Notes: generated by a model from the sequence alone, not told the origin. A stretch of DNA of 64,000 nucleotides from Eledone cirrhosa (GCA_964016885.1 OZ024741.1:52018001-52082000); one strand, 5' to 3'. Numbered from the stretch's first letter, positions 1 through 14,299 are shown. Program-made: numbers and translations.

Positions 1-388
1 CAGCCAACTAGTGACAAGTAAAGAAACACATAAATAAATAAATAAAAAAACACACACACGGATGTAACGCATGCGCAAAATAAGCACACAACACACAGCA
101 CACAAAAACAAGATGGTGTAGGGTAGAACAAAGGAGAGATATACAAAATAAAAACCTAGTCACTGAGGAAGTCACAGAATGTGTGACAAATGAGCTTTGA
201 CAATATATAACAACCTTCCGGTTATCGAACCAACCAGCCAACCGGAAATTTATAGTAAATTGAAATGAGAATCAACAGGTGCGTGTGTTTTTATTGTCAA
301 CATGACCCTCCCAAAGTTTAACAATATCTGTTTCAACACACGTTTTCAGATAAGAAATCTCGGAAAACAAATTCAAAAACAAATTTGA
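1..388 (+). mobile_element. Penelope-like element 3' pseudo-LTR fragment with decayed hammerhead (158-202)
   Basis: Homologous to the reverse complement of 39505-39950, the 3' end of a GIY-YIG PLE. Reads AGTCA-CTGAGGA-A-GTCACA..TGTGAC-AAAT (GAAA mutated)-GAGC-TT-TGACA. Confidence 0.7.
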
Positions 389-700
389 TATATACATACA
401 TATATATACAAATATACAATATATTAATAAATGGAAACTATATTTATAAAAACATAATTATTTTATTATATATATTTCAAGGGCAACAAAGCAAATCTTG
501 GTGCGCTTTCATCAGATAAAATACAAAATTTGTTTTATAAATAGTGACATAACCATGGAAAACAACCTTGACGGTTGAAAATTCGTTCCATTTATTAATA
601 TATTGAATATTTACTCCAGTAATTTGTTGAGTACTCTATATCAGTTATAAACTTTTAAGTTTGTTGGAATCCCAACAAATTAAATATAACTTCTACATAT

Positions 701-743
<43 letters not shown>

Positions 744-984
744 GGAAAACGAAAAATCAGTGATGCATCGGATCTCAGTTTATTGTGTGTTACGATTGTT
801 TCCCCGGCGAACAGCTCGAAGTGCGATCTGTGTGTGGATTGACCTGACTCTGGATTCACAGGTTCCTCGGACACGTCTATTGATTTCGGAGCATATCCTT
901 TTTCAGAAAGAGGATATGCTCCGAAATCAATAGACGGCATTACACACACAGACACACACACACACACAGACACACACATATATG

Positions 985-2340
985 TATAGCCTCTTCTGCT
1001 CGGATGGTGGTTTTGACCATTTCCATCGTCCTAGAAGGAAGCAACAGCTTCTTGGAGGTGAAAAGAACCATACGAGAAAACTGGTCTGTGATCAGTGTAG
1101 GGGTAATGCTGCACACCAAACCAGATGACATCCAGACATCCACAAGATCCTAGACTTCATTCACCTTCCAGGAGCGGTGGACTTGCAAGTTATGGTTGAT
1201 GGCATATGACCTCGATGCCATCTGTATGGGCAAACTGGTTTCTTGAGAGCTTTCTGCTCTCAACAGAAGACAGGGAACCACAATGCCCTTTTGCTGCCAA
1301 CACCACAAATGCTACCTCTACAACAAGAACACCAACAGCAAACAACAATAACAGTAACACCAACCTCGGTAGCAGCAGCAAAATCAACAGGCACAACCAA
1401 CAACCGCAGCAGCAGCAGCACTAGAAATAACAACAACGCCAACAATACTACCAATATTAGCACGAGAAGCACCATCAAAAACACCAACAACAGACATCGT
1501 GTAAAACACCCAGGGAGTCTGCCAACGAATCTTTCCCTACCGTCTCTTCTAAACATAAAAGCACACATAGACACTTACACAAACACAAACCACTTTTACC
1601 CCTATCAAAGAAAGAATCCGCAGCCACCGATATCTTTTCATTTTGAAGTGAAGGTGAGGGGAACTCACCCCAAAAATAACCCAAACAAAAAAGAAAACAC
1701 AAAACAAATCATCTTGCATCACACCAACACACATACACCAAAACACACACACAGAAAACACATCCACAACAAATACAAACATATCTACAACATGAAACCC
1801 ACCAACACCACAACCACCAATACAACCTCCACTACCAGCACCAGCACCAACTACACTATCACCCCCACCCCCAAAACCCCCCACAACCATACAGTCACCG
1901 AACTTCAGGCTAGTGAGAAGGGTTAACGAAGAATTGATAATATATTGAGAGAGACGGGGAGATTTTTGGACCAGCACTTTTAAAGTGTCACAAAATCTAA
2001 TAATGGTGCTGATGTGCCTTGAAACCTACAAAGACATTCTGAAGTGCTTCCTCCACGACATGGGAACCTCTAACATAAAAGCCAAGAGTAGGCTTTTAAA
2101 GGGGTTCTCAAAGGAACCCCAACTTGATATAGAGATCGAGCCATCCGATCCCCAACAGTACTCGGAGGGTAAGTAATATCCGCTTCTTTCTTAATACTTT
2201 ACAATCAACATAGCAATTTAAAGAGTAAATTGCATAAATGTACGTAGCCTGGGGTTGTACTGGAAGCAAAGTCATTGCTCAACGACCTCAAGTGACTAGC
2301 TAAAAATGTGACAGCCGTCAGATAAATCAGTATTTCGAAC
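985..2340 (+). mobile_element. Tx1/L1-clade LINE fragment (3' ORF1 and start of ORF2), decayed
   Basis: Translates FLEVKRTIRENWS, a degenerate knuckle (CHLYGQTGFLRAFC) and a T/N/P-rich linker. The ORF2 start INVRSLGLYWKQ..LNDLK matches the element at 26150-27340. Bounded by microsatellites. Confidence 0.7.
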
Positions 2341-2755
2341 TAACACACGCGCGCGCGCGCACTCACATGTGTGTGTGTACATATATATATATGTGTGTGT
2401 GTATGTGTGTGTGAGTGTATGTTTAATTTTATCAGGCTCTGAATCTGTTAATTTTATTAACTCTTTCATTAAACCAAACTCAATATAAGTTGGCCACTCT
2501 GTATGTATCTATACTTGTATCTATACTCGTGTAGAGATATGTATACTTCTTAGTTTAATATATAATACACTCCCTTATGGTAGAATGAAAATTTGGCGGA
2601 ATCGAACTACTTTCTAGTAGCTCGTACGTAGCCTGCCACTGTCCACTTTTACTACCCTTCTATTGGTCACTTGTCACGTGACAGTCATTTCATTCGAAAT
2701 TTTCACTGACAACGAACGGCTGGGAACTCTTGAATTTTATTTCTGGACCGAGAAA

Positions 2756-2824
2756 GTCTCTTGATGATTTCGGATTTCTCGATATACTCTAATACTCTAC
2801 TCCCAATGAAACTGCAGTAACGAC
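2756..2824 (+). ncRNA. Degenerate hammerhead-like motif (UUGAUGA core)
   Basis: TTGATGA (2761-2767)...GAAA-CTGCAG (palindromic stem III)-TA. Stems I and II are poor. Same pattern as 15191-15244. Confidence 0.4.
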
Positions 2825-2880
2825 ATTAAAGTGAGTAAGTAAAGATATTTTTCTTAATTTGTTTGCTTCTCCCATATTTG

Positions 2881-4561
<1,681 letters not shown>

Positions 4562-4562
4562 G

Positions 4563-4585
4563 TATATATATATATATATATATAT

Positions 4586-4651
<66 letters not shown>
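4563..4651. repeat. (TA)n(GATA)n(GA)n compound microsatellite
   Basis: Direct sequence. Confidence 0.97.
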
Positions 4652-4652
<1 letters not shown>

Positions 4653-5099
4653 AAAAGGAGACGCAAACACTTCGTGGGAACTTACGAATGAAAAGCGAAT
4701 GCTTATACCGTTTGCACGAAGTAACATTTTCCTTTCACACTTTTTTCTTTCTCTTTGAGGAGAGCAATATACATTCTTCTTTAGTTCCTTTTACACCCCC
4801 TGGATTTCCATTTCCCGCGGTCGCAAGTTCCGTGCATGGGCCTGCTCCCAAGCCAGGCTTCATCCACAGACTTCAACCAAGTTTTGACGGGTTTTTCTTG
4901 CCTACTACTACCCCACCACCTTCTGGCATCAATTCGAGGAAAGCTCTCACAGGTCTTTTCGTGGACAAGCGTAGTACAGATCCAAACACTATACATATAG
5001 AAAATATATTTCAATTTTTCAATTTCTTTTTTATCCTTTTTCTCAAAGCAACGCTTTCTTTGATACTATATTTGTAGTATTTGAACAGTAGCACTACTA

Positions 5100-5950
5100 T
5101 GAACTTTGCCTTTCATTTTTCCGAGGTTGAAAAACTAAGTACCAATCAAGTACGGGAGTCGCTATAATCGACTTTCCTTTCCACTAAATGGTTGTCCTTC
5201 TGCTTAAATTAGAGATCTTTCATCCTTACGGGGTCGATAAAATAAAGTACCAGTAATGCACTGGGTAATTGCTGGCCTTGTGCCAAAAGTAGAAACAATT
5301 ATTTTGTTTAGATAAGGGCGGTGGATTGGCAGTATCGGTAGAGGGTCGGACGCTATGCTTTGCAGCATAGTTACGTCCCTTTACAGTCTGAGTTCAAATC
5401 CCGCCGAGGTTAACTTTGCCTTTCATCCTTACGGGGTCGATAAAATAAAGTACCAGTAATGCAATGGGTAATTGCAGGCCTTGTGCCAAAAGTAGAAACA
5501 ATTATTTTGTTTAGATAACAGAGGCGGTGGATTGGCAGTATCGGAACTTCGTGCAGCATGCTTTGCGACATATACTTTCAGCCCTTCACGTTCTGAGTTC
5601 AAATCCCAATGATGTTAGCTTTGACGTTCATCCTCTCGCAGTCGGTAAAATAAAGTACCAGTAACGCACTGGGGTCGATTAATTCGATTTTCCTCTCCCG
5701 CAAAATTGTTGACTTTGTGCCTAAATCAGAAACCATTATTAAGGGCGGTGGATTGGCAGTATCTGTAGAGCGTCGGACAACATGCTTTGCGGCATATAGC
5801 TACGGTTCTTTACGCTCTGAATTCAGCTTTACTTTTCATCCTTACGAGGTCGATAAAATAATGTACCAATAACGCACAGGAGTTGATTTAATTGACTTTC
5901 CCTTTCCCTTCATACTGCTGGCCTTGTGCCAAATGTAGAAACAATTATTT
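5100..5950 (+). mobile_element. Head-to-tail cluster of about 5 tRNA-derived SINE copies
   Basis: Repeated GGCGGTGGATTGGCAG (A-box-like, starts ~5317, 5523, 5744), GAGTTCAAATCC (B-box), GCCTTTCATCCTTACGGGGTCGATAAAATAAAGTACCAG (resembles the MetaSINE-type central domain) and GGCCTTGTGCCAAAAGTAGAAAC tail. Confidence 0.85.
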
Positions 5951-6644
5951 TGTACTATGAAATTTTCAAAATATTAAAATTATAATTATTTTTATCTATT
6001 TAACATTACCTGATGTTACCCAAAATGGCAAAATAACGCCCAAATTTACCTAACGGGTAACACACGCATATTAATATATGTGAATATGTGCAGTGTTGAT
6101 ATTAAAATTTAATTGGGTCTAAAAAGTGGCAGAGGCAATACAGTTTCGCTCTTTTGCGTGCCGGACTAATAAGGGGCCTCGATTTTTGTGCGGTATTTAC
6201 CTATGTCCGTTACGTTCTTAATGTGAGCCAACTAAGGGACTTTTATACAGTTAACTGCGTTAAACGTTCAACACGTTGAATTCACCGGTCTCGGATGACA
6301 TGCACAGGTCATGGGCATAGACCTTAACCCTAAACTAAGCCAAAAACAAAAATGACACGCAACTTGATAGAAACAGCTACCGGAATCTCCTCAAGCCCTT
6401 TAATACCAAACGGCTGAAACCGCCCATGGTTCTATGATACAAAACTACCTGTTTTAAAGTGATTTTATTTATCTAAAAAATTTTCTTCATAATTCCATAT
6501 GAGAAACTTTCTTAAGTTATGTTCCAAACACCAGCCTCATAATAAGAAAGAAAGTTAGATATATTACTAAATTCTTTCAAAATCAAATAACTTGTTGTAG
6601 AGATAGTTGATGTTTATATCCCATTTTGTTATCTATAAATTAAC

Positions 6645-7096
6645 TTAGCCCTCTGAATCGGAAGACGTCATTAGTGAACGATTTTGCCATGATTCGTAAG
6701 ATTTTAACTGTTCAAATCTTTTGCGTTCCTTTCTTATTTTATCTTTCCTTTTCCGACATCGATTTAACGACGAGAGCGCATTTATTGGTGAGTTATCCGA
6801 AGTATATATGCAAATGGACGTGTCCGTAATATTTCCGAAACCTCCTGTTACCGATTGTTTGGTTATCTCCCTTGCCAACTTGACCTCCACCTTCTTCTCT
6901 TTCAGTTTCTCGTTTTTCATTTTAAATATTTCCAGGGTTTTCTTAGTTTCGTATCTTTTCCTTCTTTCTTTCTCCTTTCTTTTAAATTCCGAATAATTAT
7001 GTCGTTTCGGGCGATAGTTAATATTTGGTTCATTGTTCCGGACATTTAGTGGGGGTATATTATCTTTCACTCGATGGTCAAGTCTGGTTCTATTAT
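6645..7096 (-). CDS. Candidate terminal coding exon of an unidentified gene (about 150 aa, K/R/E-rich)
   Basis: Open frame to TAA at 6645, preceded on the - strand by a strong acceptor TTAACCTTTTTTCTTTTTTGTTTGTTTTAG (AG ends at 7097, phase 1). No family recognised. Confidence 0.4.
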
Positions 7097-7282
7097 CTAA
7101 AACAAACAAAAAAGAAAAAAGGTTAATCTGATGATATAAGTAAAATACGATGGTTCAGTAGTTGGTGTAGTCACCATCATGTACTATAGATCATATATCA
7201 TACAATACACACACACATGTAGTTCAAGATTAAAAAGACAAACACGGAGAACAATTTCACAATCTTATTACATTATTTAATA

Positions 7283-7351
7283 GATTTATGAACGTTTCTT
7301 TCAAATACAGGAATTACCATTTTATTACTCTGTACTGAATTCCTCAGAATC
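7283..7351 (-). ncRNA. Type I hammerhead motif (left arm of an inverted repeat)
   Basis: - strand: GATT-CTGAGGA-A-TTCAGTACAG..CTGTATTTGAA-A-GAAA-CGTTCA-TA-AATC. Stems I and II pair, stem III is slightly decayed. Confidence 0.6.
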
Positions 7352-7403
7352 ATTTAACAAAAAAGATAATTATTTACCAACCGCATGTCCAAACATGTTT
7401 AAT

Positions 7404-7475
7404 GATTCTGAGGAATTCACTACAGAGGAATAAAATGGTAGTTCTTTCTGTATATGAAACAAACATTCGTAAGTC
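7404..7475 (+). ncRNA. Decayed inverted copy of the same hammerhead
   Basis: GATT-CTGAGGA-ATTCACTACAG..CTGTATATGAAA-CAAA (GAAA mutated)-CATTCG-TA-AGTC. Confidence 0.45.
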
Positions 7476-7659
7476 TATTAAGTAATGTAATTAAACCCTG
7501 GTTATTTTATTCATTTTATATGTGTGTTGTGATGTAAAACTACTGTGACTGGAAATTTACTAAATGGATTAAACTCTGAAATGTATTTTACCAATCTTAC
7601 TGTGGACTATAAAATCACATTCTTTACTTTATATGGTTGTATTATCAACTCATCTAATC

Positions 7660-7753
<94 letters not shown>

Positions 7754-7758
<5 letters not shown>

Positions 7759-9137
7759 TATTACATGTTAGATTCCCGGACTTCCACACGGGAATATACT
7801 GCGACGATGGACTGACTTTATCGAGCCACAAAAGTGGTCACGACCTCGACCGGTTTAAAAAAGACTTAGCTTCTACCTTCAATGAGTTAGGCATTAGGAT
7901 AACAGTAGCCACCAACCTCTCTAGCGTGGATTTCTTAGACATTAATTTAGACCTTCGCACACACACCCACAGACCCTTCCATAAGCTAAACGAGAAACTT
8001 AATTACATTCACAAGGACTCATGCCACCCTCCCACTGTTTTTAGAAACTTCGTTAAGAATATCAGTACTAGAATCTCAACCCTCTCCTCTAATAAGGCTA
8101 TCTTTGACAGGGCGGCACCCTACTATAACACGGCGTTGGCTAACAGCGGCTTCTCACAACCTATCACCTACTCTCCCACTAGCAACAACACCATTAAGAA
8201 AAGTAAGCGCATCAATAGACAAACTATCTGGTTCTCTCCCCCCTTCTCACTCAACGTTAAAACCAATGTAGGAAAAAAATTCCTAGCCCTCTTAGATAGA
8301 TACTTCCCCATAGGTCATAAATACCGCTCCATCTTTAATCGGCATAAAGTTAAACTAGGATACTCCTGCGCTAAGAACATGAAGGCCCACGTCACCAGCA
8401 GCCCTAGGAACAACACCCCACCAGGGTGCTCTTGCCGTAAGCCTGAAGCTTGCCCCCTTCAACAACAATGCAACACACCAGCTGTAATCTATGAAGCTGT
8501 GGTCACTTCCAACCGACCAAACGAACCACAGGAGGTCAAATCCTATGTGGGCATGGCGGAGGGCCGATTCAAGGAGCGTTTCCTGAAAGACCAGTCTACC
8601 TTTAGAACCCGGACAGACGTTCATCCACGAAACTCGCGAGCCACGTATGGTCCCTCAAAGACTCAAATATAGGGTAATTCAATGGAAAGCCATCACTAAG
8701 TCCAAGCCATACGCAAGGGGAAATCCGACGTGTGGCTTATGTATTGACGAACGAATAACTATCCTAAAGAGATTACGCAATAGTGATTGCCTAAACACGA
8801 GAAGTGAATTTTTCACACGTTGTCCACACGTCACCAAACATATATTGCATAACTACAAGGCTCCGGACTGATTCTTTGTAATTTTATTTAGAAAATTTTT
8901 TTATTTTATTTTCAACCAAAAAACTTTCCGGACTTTCGCAGTTATCTCCCTTACACCCCCCGCACGCAGTCTACTATTGCCTGTGTGAAGTGACCGAGTT
9001 TCTACGCATGCGCGTTCGTACGGTTGTCCTTCCTGTTCCTATAACCATATACATCCCGAGCTGAAGATCTGCGAAGGTGAAACAATTGTTCTCGGTATGG
9101 TGAACTAACTGTTGTATAACCACTTCTATATATATAT
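7754..9137 (+). mobile_element. 5'-truncated Penelope-like retroelement (RT C-terminus, GIY-YIG, 3' pLTR)
   Basis: GIYCDDG, DFLDI, NYIHKDSCHP, IWFSPPFS, CSCRKPEACPL, VIYEAVV..SYVG..FKER, CGLCIDE..LNTRSEF. One frameshift near 8630. Starts at (TA)n 7665-7753. Confidence 0.93.
9044..9101 (+). ncRNA. Minimal type I hammerhead ribozyme of the PLE pseudo-LTR
   Basis: CCGAG-CTGAAGA-TCTGCGAAGGT-GAAA-CAATTG (palindrome)-TT-CTCGG, with distal pairing ACCATA/TATGGT. Confidence 0.85.
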
Positions 9138-9166
9138 ATAGTTAGTTTCTCTCTCTATATATAGTT

Positions 9167-9217
9167 AGTTTCAGAAGATCCCGTTAAGGGTGAAAGCAGC
9201 GATTCTTTGCTTAAACT
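9167..9217 (+). ncRNA. Type I hammerhead variant (CAGAAGA core, U4A)
   Basis: AGTTT-CAGAAGA-T-CCC GTTAA GGG-T-GAAA-GCA..TGC-TT-AAACT. Identical copies at 35621-35696 (-) and 36384-36459 (+). Confidence 0.7.
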
Positions 9218-9324
9218 TTAATCTGTTATTTTAATAAATATTTGCTCTACGGTTCTTATATATTTGATATATATTTATCCTTATCGAGCCCTCTTTGGAT
9301 TTTAGTTTTCAAATTTATTATTAT

Positions 9325-9497
<173 letters not shown>

Positions 9498-9668
9498 AGT
9501 ATCGAGTACTCTGTTGAGTAATGATCTCACCAGTTTCAAACTGAATCCACCCTTGTATATCTATGAAAGAATGACTAGCGCGGCTAGGATCTTTATCAAA
9601 TTAATTTTTTAAAAAGAGAAGGGACTGTCCTGTGATCGCCCGTTTCTCCGCTGTCTTTGCCCATATTT

Positions 9669-9726
<58 letters not shown>

Positions 9727-9841
9727 TTTTATACAATATATATATATATATATACAATTTTTTAAAGGAGAAACCTAAAATTATTTTTTAACAATAAAAA
9801 TACAAACAAAAGACACAGAAAACCAGGGTAATTGGCCAGTG

Positions 9842-9907
9842 AGATGGACTTTGGCAGTTTCGACCCATACCAACGGTACTAGTGGTCTATCCGGGATCAC
9901 AGCGTCT
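9842..9907 (-). ncRNA. Decayed hammerhead-like motif
   Basis: - strand: AGACG-CTGTGA (one core base lost)-TCCC..TACC GTT GGTA..GGGTC-GAAA-CT GCCAA AG-TC-CATCT. Confidence 0.4.
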
Positions 9908-10239
9908 GACACAAGCCAAAACGCTGTCCAGTGGGGTAAGAGACAAAAGTTTATGTGATGCCAGGAAGGAAGTGTTGCAATTTTATAACACGGGAGTCTT
10001 ATGAATGAAACAAAGGGAAAAAAGGAAGAAAAAGAAAAAAAGAAAAGAAGAAAAAAGGCAAAAAGAAGAAAGTAAGATATAATGTTAAAAAATGTAAACC
10101 ATTGAAATTAATGGAAGGGGGGAGACGAGATATATACCTTCGTTGCATAAGTATTTATAAACTTAAGACAAATAACAGAGGACAAGACAACAAACACACG
10201 AACAGATACACCCATATATATATATATATATACATAAAT

Positions 10240-10505
10240 ATAATAACTAGAAATTGATTAACATATAAATAAACATATGAAATAATCACAGGGGATAATT
10301 TTACAAGTGTGTAAGCACACATAGCTAGGTAGGTAACTAAATAAAGTTAACTAGAACTTCAATACTATAAGGTATCTATTATTGAAGTTCTAGTTAACTT
10401 TATTTAGCTACCTACCTAGCTATGTGTGCTTACACACTTGTAAAAATTATCCCCTGTGATTGTTTCATATGTTTATTTATATGTTAATCAATTTCTAGTT
10501 ATTAT
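10240..10505. repeat. Long near-perfect palindrome (about 125-bp arms, 15-bp spacer)
   Basis: 10240-10364 is the reverse complement of 10380-10505 with only a few differences. Confidence 0.92.
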
Positions 10506-10647
10506 AAAATGCTCGGACCTATTCATTAGAATCTTGGAGCTTATTTTACGGGTGATATGGCGCATGCCTTGTGGCATGACACCCATAAGTTTGATTTAGA
10601 TTAAATTCATTTTGATTTATCTTAATTTTGGATATAGATATATATAC

Positions 10648-10733
<86 letters not shown>

Positions 10734-10958
10734 ATATATATAACGAAGGTGTGGTAAGGAACCAGATGGACGATAACGCACCAGAGTACTCAATACTTAC
10801 GGTAGTAGAGTGGGTAATAGGAAAAAGTTTAACCCCGATGGCAGAGCTCAAGCCATTTATTTAATATTGTAAATATACTCCAAATATTTGTCGAGTGCTT
10901 TTATACCAGTTATAAATATTTACTAGTTGTAACCCAACAATTTTAAATATAACTTTCC

Positions 10959-10996
<38 letters not shown>

Positions 10997-10999
10997 TAT

Positions 11000-12845
11000 A
11001 GCCTCTATTCCCCAGCGCCCTCCTGAGCTACCAAAACTTGACGAAGTGAGAAAATCCATTAGTCATATATCATCTAGTAAGGCACCAGGCAAAGATGGTA
11101 TTCCTCCAGAGATCGATAAGTATGGTGGTGAGAAGCTGGTAAAAAACTCTATGATCTTTTTCGCGTTATTTGGAATAAAGGCTCTGTGCCTCAGGATTTC
11201 AAGGATGCATCTATTCAACACCTTTTCAAAAACAAAGGCATGAGAGTTGTTTGTGACAACTAGCAGGGCATATCATTTCTCAATATTGCTGGCAAAATCC
11301 TCGCACGACTTATTCTGAACAGAATCATTGAGTACGTTGTCAATGACATCTACCCAGAATCACAGTGTGGTTTTAGGTTGGGTCGAAGTACAATTGACAT
11401 GATCTTTGCCCTGCGTCAGGTTGCCGACCAAGAGCTGTACATGGTTTTTGTCGACGTTACCAAGGTTTTCGATACAGTGAATAGAACAGCTCTCTGGGAT
11501 GTTCTTAAGAAACTTGGTATACCTGACGAAATGCTCAACATCATCATCTCTTTCCACCAGGCGATGAAGCTGCGGTTCAATCTGACGGAGGGATCTCAGA
11601 TTCTTTTGATGTCTCCAATGGTACAAAGCAGTGTTGTGTGATGACTCCTGTGCTATTTGTCCTTTTCTTTTCTGTCATGCTTAAATATGCCTTCAACAAC
11701 TGTGATAATGGTGTAAACTTTCAATTTCGCACAACAGGAGGTCTGTTCAACCACCAGCGTTTCAAAACAAAAACATTCCTCCGAACTGATATCATCCGTG
11801 ATCCCCTCTTTGCAGATGATGCTGCACCTGTCGCAACTTCATTCGAAGATGCTCAGGATTTGGTCAATCGTTTTACTGCTGCATTGCAAAGCCTTCGGCT
11901 TAACTATCAGCATTTAGAAAACTGAGGTCGTACATCAACCTCCTCCTTCTCCGAAAACCGTAAGAGGTGTGAAGCAGAAACTACCGGTTCATGGAATTCC
12001 ACCTAACAGAATCATGGTAGCGGACAAGCAACTGAAGTATGTTGATAATTTGACATACTTAGGAAGCAAAGTGAACCGCAGAGCTTCCCTTGATAACGAA
12101 GTCTCCAATCGCATCTCCAAAGCCTCCTCTGTGTTTGGTAAACTCAATCATCGTCTTTGGAATGAAAATGCTGTAAAACTAAATACGAAAGTGCAAGTGT
12201 ATAAGGCAGTCGTTCTCACCACTTTGCTTTATGGGTCAGAATCCTGGACACCATACTGGTCACACATAAACCAGCTGGATGTGTTTCACAAGGGATGTTT
12301 GAGATCCATCTGTGGTCATGTACGAAACGACAAAATCTCCAACGCCGATATCCTAACCAAATGCAACATTGGGGGAATTGAAACTTTCCTAATGCAATCT
12401 CAACTTCGTTGGGCTGTCTATGTCATCCGCATGATGACGACATAATTCCCAAAGTCCTCATGTATGGTCAACTTAGCAGCGGCAACAGGAAAGTTGGTAG
12501 ACCATGGCTACGATATAAGGATAAGTTAAAATCAAATCTCACTGCTCTTGCAATCCGTTTCCGTGATTGCGAACAAATTGCTGCTGACAGAAAAGACTGG
12601 AGAGAAAGGTGCGATAGTGCTATCAAGAGCTTTGAATCGAGTCGCATAGAAGAATTGCGTGTTGACCGAACAGGGACGAAGCAACGGGCCTTGATACCTG
12701 CAATACTCTCCATAAACTCTTGTTCTTGCGACCTATGTGGCTTGGTCTGAGGGTCACTGGCGGGATTGAAATGCCATATGAGACACCGCCATCCAGAGAG
12801 CTGAACTTTTGTTGGACACTCATACTCGGATATCGATGGGAGAGT

Positions 12846-12853
<8 letters not shown>
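11000..12853 (+). mobile_element. 5'-truncated RTE-clade LINE (RT), decayed
   Basis: KAPGKDGIPPE, PESQCGFRLGRSTIDMIFALRQ, FVDVTKVFDTVNR, LFADDAA, TYLGS, RISKASSVFGKL, LLYGSESW, QLRWA. Several frameshifts. (TA)n at both ends. Confidence 0.92.
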
Positions 12854-13024
<171 letters not shown>

Positions 13025-13025
13025 C

Positions 13026-14127
13026 CAGTAATCCCCCGTTTATCGAGGGTAATACGTTCCAGAACCAACCACAATAAATGAAAATCCGCGATATAGAGAG
13101 ACCATAAAGACAACCGTTGTTTTCATAATTTAAGCCTTAAAATACCTCTCCTACACGCTTTAACTACATATAAACTCATTAAAACACACTTTTGTATTTA
13201 AACATAAAAAACAGTCAGTAACGATCATATAGAAACTACCACCAACGATCGTACCACTAGTTACCAATGACGACCATTACCAGCCACTAGCCGCTTGGTA
13301 ACACACTGAACATCTCCCGTCAATCTATGAAGGGTTTGTAGTAGATTAGAGAAAAGAAACAATCAGTAAAACAATAGGTGTCTCATTTGGTAGTTGAGGT
13401 CAATCCTAGGAAAGTAGTTTAATATGTCTCTCCAAATATCGGTTGCTCTCCGACAGGTTTGCAGTCGAGCCCGTGGCAGTGGAGACTTCTGGTGTCCTTA
13501 GTCCTGGGGCCACCTCACTACTCACCACCATCGGCACAGAGTTGTTACCCGCAGGTGAGAGCCTTGCGAGCTGGAATGGCTTTTCCAGTGCGTCTCCCTC
13601 ATCACCCTCCCGGGAAACGCTTTTTCTATCCTGTTCGCCGGGATCGTGGGGTGGCCAGCGCGTGGACCCCAATTTGCTAACAATAGTGAGAGATGGGGTG
13701 AGCTGCAGAGATGGAGGCAGTGACAGAGGGATTTTGGTTCTTTTGTGTGCAGACCTGGTGTATATACAGTGTTTCCCTGACACTCGTGTTATTCGCCGTT
13801 ATTCGCGGAATTCTTCTTAGAACTTAACTAATAATTGTTCGTGGAAACCACCCCATATTCGCGGAATCGTAAATATCTTCCGCGATTTTTTATGTCTTTT
13901 TTTGTGGCAATATATTTTTTAACACTAAATTATTAATAACAATATACCGTGTCTGCCGACCTATTGGACGCCCCTTCGCATAAGACGGTCCCTTTTTTTT
14001 TAAATTATATTTTACGTCATATTTTGACGTTTATAGGCATTTTATGGACCACGTCCAATATTCGTGGTTTTTCATTCTTCGCGGGTGCTCTAGGAACGTA
14101 ACCCCCGCGAATACCGGGGGACAACTG
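13026..14127. mobile_element. Non-autonomous Tigger/pogo-like DNA element (MITE)
   Basis: Imperfect TIRs CAGTAATCCCCCG..ACGTTCC / GGAACGT..CGGGGGACAACTG followed by TA. No transposase. Confidence 0.7.
13420..13720 (+). mobile_element. 3' fragment of a restriction-like-endonuclease non-LTR element (CRE-like)
   Basis: FAVEPVAVETSGVLSPGA..LL..IG followed by FQ..S....GN, the C-terminal REL signature. Second copy at 14520-14810 (-). Confidence 0.6.
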
Positions 14128-14299
14128 TATGTGTATATCAGAGAGGGTACACATGTCTGTGGAATATTCAACGGCTTACACGTTTTCACTAATCAGGTGT
14201 TCAGCTGATCGAACAAACTGAATGCACACTGGTAGAGATATAAACTCAAATTACAGAACAAAACAAGATACATTTACTTGTTTAAAATTCAGCACAAAG

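Noticed and set aside
5317-5410. SINE heads as tRNA genes
   Set aside because: A and B boxes are present but there is no cloverleaf, and they continue into the SINE body.
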